Shown: positions 1 through 7,282 of the stretch, one piece after another
Numbering within the stretch: the first letter of the stretch is position 1
How the letters are laid out: each line of letters starts with the position of its first letter
From: Candidatus Latescibacterota bacterium
GTDB taxonomy: Bacteria > Latescibacterota > UBA2968 > UBA8231
Assembly: GCA_965221775.1 (NCBI GenBank)
Contig: CBDCSU010000002.1
Span: 1 to 29,627, forward strand
Direction: 5' to 3'
DNA: 29,627 nucleotides
The notes under the pieces: model-generated
Databases searched by the model: none
The model's input: only the letters and a program-made list of their open reading frames with translations
What the model was told of the DNA's origin: nothing
Made by a program: the position numbers and the translations under genes

Positions 1-2719
1 CCGGGAAGGCGTCGTCGAGGAGCCACAGGCTCTCGGGCTGGGTGAGCCCGAAACGGTCGAAGGCGCCCACGAGGATCAGCCGTTCGATCTCGGCCTTGTG
101 GAGGCGGACGCGGGAGCCGGAGCCGGCCATGCGCTCGACGAAGTCGACCAGATCGCGGAAGACGCCGTGATCGCGGCGCTCGGCCTCGACCGCCTCGAGG
201 GCGGCGCGGCGGACGCCGCGCACGTGCATCAGCCCCGGGCGGATGCGGCCGTGGCGGCCGATGTATTTCAGGCGCGAGTCGCCGATGTCGATGGGCAGGA
301 TGCGGCAGCCCCAGCGCCGGGCCTCGTCGAGATAGACGTCGCGGCGGTAGAACCCGTGGCCGTTGCTGATCACGGCGGCGAGGAACTGCGCCGGGTAGTG
401 GGCCTTGAGATACGTGCACTGGAAGGAGAGCTGCGCGTACGTGGCCGAGTGGCTCTTGCAGAAGCTGAAGCCGGTGAAGGAGCTGACGCGCTCCCACAGC
501 TCCCGCGCCTGGGCGGCGGTGAGGCCGCTGTGGCCCATGCAGCCGGCGAGGAAGTCGCGCTCCGTGCGCCGCCACTGCTCCTCGGCCGGGGCGCCCTCGT
601 GGAGGGAGTTCATCATCTTGCGGATGCGGTCGGCCTGGGCGAAGCTCAGGCCCGCCACCTGGTGGCAGATCCTGGTCACGTCCTCCTGGAAGACGCAGAC
701 GTCGTGGGTCCGGCCCAGGATCGTTTCGAGGGCGGGGTGCACGAACTCCCAGTCCCGGATGCCGGCCTTGGACTTGCGCTCGCGCTCGACGTAGGTGGCG
801 GCGTACCGCGACCCGGCGGGGCGCACCAGGCTGGAGGTGATGGCGATCTCCTCGAAGGTCCCGGCCCGGGCCTTCTTGTTCAGCCGCGTCTGGGCCGGGC
901 TCTCGATGTAGAAGATCCCCCTCGTCCGCCCCTTGCGGATGACGTCCCGCACGGCGGGGTCGTCGCAGCACTTGTCGACGTCGAAGACCCCCGGATCCTC
1001 CTCGCCCTGCTCGGCCAGCTGCCCCAGGGCGTCGCGCAGGACCGAGAGCGAGCCGTTGCCGAGGATGTCGAACTTGATCAGCCCGAGCTCGTCGATGCCG
1101 TTGTGCATGTCGATCTGGGTGATGACGCGGTCCTTGTCGCCGCCGGAGCGCTCGCAGGCGACGTGGCGGCGCATGGGCTGGTCGGTGATCAGCACGCCCC
1201 CCGGGTGCTGGCCCAGGAACCGCGGCTTGCCGCGGATGGTGGCGGCGAGCCGCCACAGGCGGCGGATCCCGGCGTCGTCGATGCGCGCCGAGCGGGACCC
1301 GCGGCCGCGGAGGATGCGGGTGACCTCGTCGTCGGTGTAGCCGTGGACCTTGGCCGTCTCGCGGAAGGAGGCGCGCTCGCGGAAGTGGAGGGTGGTGCAG
1401 GTGACCGCCACGTGCTCCTCGCCCCAGCGCCGGGTGATGAACTTCTGCACCTCGTCGCGCTCGTCCCAGCCGAAGTCGAGATCGGCGTCGGGCGGCGAGG
1501 CGCGGTCCTCGTTGAGGAAGCGCTGGAAGTAGAGGTCGTGGCGGATCGGATCGAGGTCGGAGACGCCGATGTTGTAGAAGGTGATGCTGTTGGCGGCGCT
1601 GCCGCGCAGGATCGTGCAGTCCGCCGGCCGCCGGTAGCCGGAGGCGAAGCGGCCGTTGGCCCAGTCGCGGATCTCCTTGACGATCAGGAAATACGACGGG
1701 TAGCCGAGCTTCTCGATCGTCTCCAGCTCCATGCGCTGGATGCGGCGGGCCCGGTCACGGGTGCCGAGGCCGGCGTAGTTGCGCTCGAGCCCCGCCCAGG
1801 CCAGCCGCGCCAGGTGGCCGGCCGGGGTCTCGCCCGGGGGCACGTCGACGCGCGGCAGGATCCACTCGCCCAGGGGCAGCTCGATGGAGCCGCACTCCTC
1901 GGCGAGGCGCTCGGCGTTGGCCAGGGCCCGGCGGTGCGACGGAAAGGCCGCCGCCATCTGGCCGGCGCTGCGCAGGCAGGCCTGGGGCGAGGCGCACTCC
2001 CCGGGCCGCAGGCGCGACAGCGTCGAGTTGAGGCCGATAGCGGTGAGCAGCTGGTGCGTGGGCCACTGCCCCGGGTCGAGGAAGTAGCAGTCGTTCTGGG
2101 CGACCAGGGGCAGGTGCAGGGCCCCGGCGACGGCCTCGAGCTGGCGGCTGCGGCGGCGGGTGGCGGCCGAGTTGGCGATCAGCTCGCCGTACAGCCGGCC
2201 CCGGTTGGGGGTGGCGGCCAGGAGACCGAGGAGCCCGGGCGAGGGGGTGAGGAGCGCGAAGTCGGGCCACTCGCGGGCGAAGACCTCGTCGAAACGGAAG
2301 CGGTCGGCCTCGAGGTGGCGGCGGGTGACCACCTCGCACAGGTCGGCGTAGCCCCGGGCGTTGCGGGCCAGCACGACGAGGCGCTCGCGCCCGTGGGAGC
2401 CGGCGCCGTCGGCCCGCGGCGACATCTCGGCGGGGCCGGCGCGGAGGCCTTCGTCCGCCGGCAGGCCCCGCCGGGCGCGGGCGGCCAGGACCTCTCCGCG
2501 GCGCGGCTCGGTGAGCTCGACCCCGAGGACGGGCCGCAGGCCCTGGCGGCGGCACTCCTCGTAGTGGAGGACGAGCCCCGACATGCGGTCGGTGTCGGTA
2601 AGTCCCACGGCCGGCATCCCCAGCTCCCTCGCTCTCCCCACGATTTCGGGAATACCGGGGACACCGGCGTGGAACGAAAACGACGAGTGGCAGTGCAGGT
2701 GGACGAAGCTCAACCCCAT
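1..2719 (-). CDS. dnaE2: DNA polymerase III alpha subunit, DnaE2 (error-prone)-like; 3' end lies outside the window
   Basis: Not in the ORF track because no stop falls within the window. Read by hand on the minus strand from ATG 2719: MGLSFVHLHCHSSFSF...LGMPAVGLTDTD (PHP domain), RGSAANS, FQRFLNEDRASPPDADLDF (catalytic Asp region), LGQHPGGV, KFDILG, FSFCKSHSATYA...YLKAHYPAQF...GFY. RGSAANS and the ...GFY region fit the DnaE2 subfamily better than replicative DnaE1. Confidence 0.88.
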   Translation of the reverse strand, partial: MGLSFVHLHCHSSFSFHAGVPGIPEIVGRARELGMPAVGLTDTDRMSGLVLHYEECRRQGLRPVLGVELTEPRRGEVLAARARRGLPADEGLRAGPAEMSPRADGAGSHGRERLVVLARNARGYADLCEVVTRRHLEADRFRFDEVFAREWPDFALLTPSPGLLGLLAATPNRGRLYGELIANSAATRRRSRQLEAVAGALHLPLVAQNDCYFLDPGQWPTHQLLTAIGLNSTLSRLRPGECASPQACLRSAGQMAAAFPSHRRALANAERLAEECGSIELPLGEWILPRVDVPPGETPAGHLARLAWAGLERNYAGLGTRDRARRIQRMELETIEKLGYPSYFLIVKEIRDWANGRFASGYRRPADCTILRGSAANSITFYNIGVSDLDPIRHDLYFQRFLNEDRASPPDADLDFGWDERDEVQKFITRRWGEEHVAVTCTTLHFRERASFRETAKVHGYTDDEVTRILRGRGSRSARIDDAGIRRLWRLAATIRGKPRFLGQHPGGVLITDQPMRRHVACERSGGDKDRVITQIDMHNGIDELGLIKFDILGNGSLSVLRDALGQLAEQGEEDPGVFDVDKCCDDPAVRDVIRKGRTRGIFYIESPAQTRLNKKARAGTFEEIAITSSLVRPAGSRYAATYVERERKSKAGIRDWEFVHPALETILGRTHDVCVFQEDVTRICHQVAGLSFAQADRIRKMMNSLHEGAPAEEQWRRTERDFLAGCMGHSGLTAAQARELWERVSSFTGFSFCKSHSATYAQLSFQCTYLKAHYPAQFLAAVISNGHGFYRRDVYLDEARRWGCRILPIDIGDSRLKYIGRHGRIRPGLMHVRGVRRAALEAVEAERRDHGVFRDLVDFVERMAGSGSRVRLHKAEIERLILVGAFDRFGLTQPESLWLLDDAFP

Positions 2720-2726
2720 CTCCCGG

Positions 2727-2767
2727 ATAGCTGCACATACGTATAGCTATGCCGTGAACCGGGTCAA
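2727..2767 (-). promoter_or_regulatory. Candidate promoter/operator of the dnaE2-like gene
   Basis: AT-rich patch with inverted repeat ATAGCT-N12-AGCTAT (2727-2750) containing palindrome ATACGTAT (2737-2744). Minus-strand TTGACC (-35-like) at 2762-2767. Confidence 0.4.
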
Positions 2768-2868
2768 GGGGAAAAACCGGTCGGGGCGGACACGGCCGAA
2801 TCTGTCCGGCAGGTGGCCCGCGGAGAGATCCTGCGGTGGAACGGAGGGTGCCCGGCGGGGCCGGGCCG

Positions 2869-3912
2869 CTAGCTCAGCCGCGAGGCGGGTTCGGCGGTCC
2901 CGAGGTCGAGGGCCAGGACCCCGATGGGACTGTTGCCCACCTGGAGGACCTCGAGCGGAGAGAGATGTCCGGTCTCGTCGTCGATGCGGTAGGTGGCCAG
3001 CTTGCCGGAGCCCTCGCCGAGAGCCAGCAGGTAGGCGCCGTCGGGATCGAGGGTGAAGGAGCGCGGCGTCGGCTCGGTGGGCGTGTGGCTGATCGGCTCC
3101 AGCGCCCCCGTCGACCCGTCGACGGAGAAGGCGGCGATCGAATCGTGTCCGCGGTTGGAGGCGTAGAGGTACTCCCCCGTGGGCGTGATGCGGATCTCCG
3201 CACCGGTGTTCTCGCCCTCGAAGCCCGTGGGCAGGGTCGGCACGTTCTGGAACCGCGTCAGCGTCCCCTCGCGGGTATCGAGCTCATACGCCGAGACCGA
3301 GGAGCTCTGCTCGTTGACGAAGTAGACCACGTCCATGACCGGGTGGAAGCAGAAGTGACGCGGCCCCTCCCCCGGAGGCGGCTCGAGCCGCTGGCCCGCC
3401 GGGTTCGAGGACAGGCGGCCGGTCTTGTCGTCGAAGCGCAACTGGTAGATCAGGTTCGGCCCGGCCGTGTGGGGCACGAAGGCGAAACGGTTGCTGGCGT
3501 CGATCTGGATCGAGTGGGCGCGCTCGGCGGTCTTGATGTTCATCACCGCCGGCGTGCCGACGGAGCCGTCGCGGCGGATCGGATGCACCGCGGCCATGCC
3601 GGCGCGGTAGTAGGAGGTGAACAGGAAGCGGCCGCTGGCGTCGGTGGAGAGGTAGCACGGGTCCGACTCCAGCGGCGCCGTGCCGAGGGGCGCGAGCCGT
3701 CCGCTGCCCTTTTCCAGGCGAAACGCCGCCGCCTGGCGGCCGCCGCGCAGGCCGGCGTACAGAAACCGCTGCTGAGGGTCGACGCACAGGGGGCCGGGAC
3801 CGGCGCCGGCGGCGACGATGGCGTACGAGTCGAGGGCCCCGGTCTCGGGGTCCATGGCGTAGACGTTGATACGGTCCTCGGTGCTGAGCGATACGTATAC
3901 GTAGTACGGCAT
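2869..3912 (-). CDS. pgl: Lactonase family 7-bladed beta-propeller (6-phosphogluconolactonase/YbhE-like)
   Basis: Motifs RAHSIQID, GEGPRHFCFHP, YLYASNRGHDSIAAF, PTPRSFTLDP. Purine-rich RBS (GAGAGGGA) before ATG. No signal peptide. Confidence 0.82.
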   Translation of the reverse strand: MPYYVYVSLSTEDRINVYAMDPETGALDSYAIVAAGAGPGPLCVDPQQRFLYAGLRGGRQAAAFRLEKGSGRLAPLGTAPLESDPCYLSTDASGRFLFTSYYRAGMAAVHPIRRDGSVGTPAVMNIKTAERAHSIQIDASNRFAFVPHTAGPNLIYQLRFDDKTGRLSSNPAGQRLEPPPGEGPRHFCFHPVMDVVYFVNEQSSSVSAYELDTREGTLTRFQNVPTLPTGFEGENTGAEIRITPTGEYLYASNRGHDSIAAFSVDGSTGALEPISHTPTEPTPRSFTLDPDGAYLLALGEGSGKLATYRIDDETGHLSPLEVLQVGNSPIGVLALDLGTAEPASRLS

Positions 3913-3996
3913 TCCCTCTCCTCGGGATCAAAGATCGGACCGGAAGGCGCTCCGGCGCCGGACCGGACGAAGCCGCGCCGGAGGGTGGAGGCGGTC

Positions 3997-4260
3997 TTAC
4001 CGCCGCCGCCGGCGGCGCTTGGGACGGAAGGGGCGCTTCCCCGGCTGAAACTCGCTGATGCCGAGGGCGTGGCCCAGGAGCTCCTGGCCGTCGAGGTTGG
4101 TGATCGCCTCCCTGGCGGCCGACTTGCTCGGCATGTCCACCAGGCCCCGGCCCCGGTCCCTCTGGATCTCCACGGCCGCAACCTTTCCGAAGATCTCGAA
4201 GAGGGTGCGCAGGTCGTCCTCGGTGGCGTTGCTGGCCAGGTTGTCGACGGCGAGTCTCAT
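3997..4260 (-). CDS. RRM-domain RNA-binding protein (87 aa) with Arg-rich C-terminal tail
   Basis: MRLAVDNLASNATEDDLRTLFEIFGKVAAVEI..RGRGLVDM....AREAITNLDGQELLGHALGISE matches the RNP2/RNP1 layout. Start moved to ATG 4260, which has RBS AAGGA; the ORF track's extension to 4692 overlaps the next gene. Confidence 0.85.
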   Translation of the reverse strand: MRLAVDNLASNATEDDLRTLFEIFGKVAAVEIQRDRGRGLVDMPSKSAAREAITNLDGQELLGHALGISEFQPGKRPFRPKRRRRRR

Positions 4261-4359
4261 GGAGTCCTTTCCGCCGCCCGGCGGTGCCGAAGGACGGCAG
4301 AAAAAGCAAGGGCGGCGGCTGGCGGCCGCCTGTAAGCGCGGCGGCTCGCGGAGCCTTCG

Positions 4360-4388
4360 AATATAGGGGCCGGCGCCGGTCTCACCAA
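4360..4388 (-). promoter_or_regulatory. Candidate sigma70-type promoter for the RRM gene
   Basis: Minus-strand TTGGTG (4383-4388)-N17-TATATT (4360-4365), about 100 nt upstream of the start codon. Confidence 0.45.
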
Positions 4389-4402
4389 GGTGCCGAGGCG
4401 CC

Positions 4403-5731
4403 TCAGCCCCCTTCGGACCCGTCGATGCAGTACAGGTGCGTGGCGGTGCGGATGAACAGCTGCGAGCCGGCCACCGCCGGCGAGGACAGGGTGAAGGACC
4501 CGTCGAGGGCGTTGGTGGCCAGGTGTCCGTACTCGGCGCCGGCGGCCAGCACCGTGGTGACCCCGTCCTCGTTGAGCACGTAGAGCTTGCCGTCGGCCAC
4601 CACCGGCGAGGCGCTGACCCGGCCCTGGGCGGTGCGCTCCGGCCCCCACACCACCTCGCCGGTGCGCGCGTCGAGGGCGGTGGCCAAGCCACGGTCGTCG
4701 ACCATGAAGAAGTGGGTGCCGTCGCAGGCGGCGGTGGGCACGTCGGGAGCGCCGGCCCCCTCCCAGCGCCAGGCCAGGTCCTCCTGGCCGATGCGGCCCC
4801 CCTCGCCGACGCGAAAGGCGAGCAGCGGCTTGCGGCGGCTCTGGGCGTAGACCATGCCGCCCACGGCGATCGGCGAGCCGACGATGCGGAAGTTGCCCTC
4901 CCTCCCCGGGTTCAGTCCGCCGACGCGCCACAGCTCCCGGCCCGAGGCCGGGTCGTGGCCGGTGAGGTAGTCGCCGCCGGAGATGACGATCTGCGCGCCG
5001 GCGCCGGTGCGCAGCACGGCAGGGGTGGTGTACGCGTCGGGCGACTCCCCGGGCGCGTCCGTGGGCCGCTCGACCCGCCACGCCAGCTCGCCGGAGGCGC
5101 CGTCGAAGGCGGCGAGGTACGACGGGGCGTCGGTGCGCATCCCGTGCAGGACCTCGACGATCAGGCGGCCGTCGTGCAGGGCCGGCGACGAGGCGTAGCC
5201 CCACATGAGGCCGAAGGCCCCGAACTCGGCCTGCAGGTCCCGCCGCCAGACCGGCTGGCCCTCCATGGTGAAGGCGGCGACCACCCCGGTCCCGGTGACG
5301 GCCCAGACGTGCCGCCCGTCGGTGACCGGCGACGGCGAGGTGTTGTTGTGCTTGCGCCAGGTGCGGTTGCCCTCGGCGAGGACGGCGCGCCACAGCTCCT
5401 TGCCGTCGGCCCGCGACAGGCACAGCAGCAGCAGGTCGTCGCCGCCGGGATCGCGCTTGCGCCGGCGGCCCTGCTGCGGGGGCGCCGCCCCGGCCTCCGG
5501 CGCCGAAGGCGAGGTGACGAAGACGCGGTCGCCCCAGACGATGGGGGTGCCGCCGCTCCAGGAGGGCAGCGGGGCCTTCCACAGGACGCCCTCGGAGGCG
5601 CTCCACTGCGAGGGCAGGCCGGCGGCGGCGCTGACCCCGTTCTGGTGGGGGCCGCGCCACTGGGGCCAGCTCTCCGAAGCGGAGGCGGCGGAGACGGCGG
5701 CCAGCAGGATGCAGGGGATCAGGCTTCGCAT
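4403..5731 (-). CDS. Secreted PQQ-binding-like beta-propeller repeat protein
   Basis: Signal peptide MRSLIPCILLAAVSAASA, then SWPQWRGP and repeated SP-x-V...D..G...W Trp-docking repeats. RBS AGGAG before ATG 5731. Confidence 0.88.
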   Translation of the reverse strand: MRSLIPCILLAAVSAASASESWPQWRGPHQNGVSAAAGLPSQWSASEGVLWKAPLPSWSGGTPIVWGDRVFVTSPSAPEAGAAPPQQGRRRKRDPGGDDLLLLCLSRADGKELWRAVLAEGNRTWRKHNNTSPSPVTDGRHVWAVTGTGVVAAFTMEGQPVWRRDLQAEFGAFGLMWGYASSPALHDGRLIVEVLHGMRTDAPSYLAAFDGASGELAWRVERPTDAPGESPDAYTTPAVLRTGAGAQIVISGGDYLTGHDPASGRELWRVGGLNPGREGNFRIVGSPIAVGGMVYAQSRRKPLLAFRVGEGGRIGQEDLAWRWEGAGAPDVPTAACDGTHFFMVDDRGLATALDARTGEVVWGPERTAQGRVSASPVVADGKLYVLNEDGVTTVLAAGAEYGHLATNALDGSFTLSSPAVAGSQLFIRTATHLYCIDGSEGG

Positions 5732-5920
5732 GGCGGTTCTCCTGGCTGTTGGTGCCGGAATATCTCCGGCAGCACATCCCTGAAGATAGGATCCGGGACA
5801 TGGGGTCCCGCTCTTTCGCAGGCAACCGACATGGCTTCCACATCCCGAAGGGCCGGCAGGGAGCCCGACTCGAAGGGCGTCGCCGACTACAGACATCGCC
5901 CCGGGATGTCCCTTGCCAGC

Positions 5921-5953
5921 TTGCCTGGTGGACCGTAGTGGTCTATTGTAGAC
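5921..5953 (+). promoter_or_regulatory. Candidate promoter and autoregulatory operator of the TA operon
   Basis: TTGCCT (5921-5926)-N17-TATTGT (5944-5949). Palindrome GTCTA-TTG-TAGAC (5941-5953) overlaps the -10, as is typical of type II TA operators. Confidence 0.55.
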
Positions 5954-5984
5954 TACATCGATCTTTTCTCAAGGGAGACCAACC

Positions 5985-6260
5985 ATGCTTGTCTCCGAAT
6001 CCCGCCGCGTCTGGACCGTCGCCGAGGCGAAGGCGCGCCTGTCTGAAATCCTGCGGCTCGCCGAGTCGGAAGGGCCGCAGCGCATCGGTACCCGGAAGTC
6101 GTTCGTCGTGGTGCCCACCGACGTCTGGCGCGCGAAATCGCAGCCACGCAAGTCATTGGGGCAGTGGTTGGTCGAGAACGTACCGCGCGGAACGAACCTC
6201 GAGGTGCCGGACCGTAGTTCGAACCGGAAGACCCCGTTCATCGATGACGAGGACGAATGA
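5985..6260 (+). CDS. Phd/YefM-family antitoxin
   Basis: WTVAEAKARLSEILRLAESEGPQRI is a Phd/YefM N-terminal signature. Acidic tail. ATGA overlap with the PIN toxin. RBS AAGGGAG. Confidence 0.88.
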   Translation: MLVSESRRVWTVAEAKARLSEILRLAESEGPQRIGTRKSFVVVPTDVWRAKSQPRKSLGQWLVENVPRGTNLEVPDRSSNRKTPFIDDEDE

Positions 6261-6676
6261 CCGGTTACCTTCTGGATACCAACGTGGTATCGGAGCTGAC
6301 GAGGGACGCTCCCGCCCCGCAGGTCGTCAGCTTTCTGGCGGACCAGGAAGACGTATGGCTGTCGTCTATTCTCGTACACGAGGTGGAGTACGGCCTGCGG
6401 CTGCTCCCGCAGGGAAACCGCCGCAGTCGCCTGTCAGAGATGCAATCGGCCATCTTGGGGGCGTATGAGGACCGCATACTGTCAATGGACAGAGTGGCGG
6501 CGAAGTGGTCCGCTGAGTTCAGGGCGCAGGCACGCCGCGCCGGACGCACTATCGACATGGGCGATGTCCTGGTTGCCGGCATAGCCAGGGCCCACGGCTT
6601 GGTCATAGTCACCCGCAACATCGCCGATTTCGAGCGCCTCGATGTCGAGCTCGTCAGTCCTTGGGAATCCCCTTGA
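6257..6676 (+). CDS. vapC: VapC PIN-domain toxin
   Basis: YLLDTNVVSEL...E...D..VAGIARAHGLVIVTRNIADF: conserved PIN acidic residues. Confidence 0.92.
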   Translation: MTGYLLDTNVVSELTRDAPAPQVVSFLADQEDVWLSSILVHEVEYGLRLLPQGNRRSRLSEMQSAILGAYEDRILSMDRVAAKWSAEFRAQARRAGRTIDMGDVLVAGIARAHGLVIVTRNIADFERLDVELVSPWESP

Positions 6677-7221
6677 CCACCCTCACCGAGGCTGATGTCG
6701 AGTCCGCCGCCCTCGCGTGGCTCTCCTCCCTCGGTTGGTCCGCAGCCTACCCCAACATCGCCCCGGACACGCCCGCGGCCGAACGCGACGACTGCGGCGA
6801 GGCGGTCCTCGCCCGCCACATGCGCGACGCCCTGCCCCGCCTCCTTCGTCGGCTTCACGGGGACACCCATAGATCGCCAGGACGCCAGCACACGGGCCGT
6901 CTTCGGCGACTACATCAGCATCTGCGACATCCAGCGTTCCGTCGAGGACGGGGCCACGGTGCCCATCTACTACGAGAGCCGCCCGGCCAAGCTGGGACTG
7001 TCGGAGGACGAGCTGGCCTTCTATGTGCAGGTCCTCGGCGACGAGACGCTGAGGGCGATCGCCCACCAGCTCGTCGAGACCGTGCGCAGCAACGTGACCA
7101 TCGACTGGACCCTGCGCGAGAACGTGCGCGCCAACCTCCGCCGCCGGACAAGCAGGAGAAGGCGACGCAGACCGTCCTGGAGCAGGCGGAGGTCTTGTCG
7201 GAGGGCTGGGCGGCCGCCTGA
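6673..7221 (+). pseudogene. hsdR: Internally deleted, frameshifted type I restriction endonuclease subunit R remnant
   Basis: Consecutive fragments: N-terminus ([28 protein letters not shown]), helicase motif III region ([20 protein letters not shown]...[25 protein letters not shown]) and C-terminal domain ([52 protein letters not shown]). Frameshifts near 6838 and 7143. Only ~550 bp versus ~3 kb for an intact gene. Confidence 0.88.
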
Positions 7222-7245
7222 GACACCGCGAACTGCCCCCGGAAG

Positions 7246-7274
7246 CTGACATCACTCCGCCCCGCGAGTACCTT
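7246..7274 (+). promoter_or_regulatory. Candidate sigma70-type promoter of the large cluster (possibly leaderless transcript)
   Basis: CTGACA (7246-7251)-N17-TACCTT (7269-7274), 8 nt before GTG 7283. No Shine-Dalgarno sequence. Confidence 0.4.
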
Positions 7275-7282
7275 CCCGCCCC

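Noticed and set aside
98-2746. 882-aa plus-strand ORF
   Set aside because: Antisense shadow of the dnaE2-like gene. High GC suppresses stop codons, and it has no recognisable motifs.
6661-7249. Two overlapping ORFs (186 and 184 aa) as intact genes or a programmed frameshift
   Set aside because: Each carries only pieces of HsdR in alternating frames, and most of the nuclease/helicase is missing, so this is a pseudogene.
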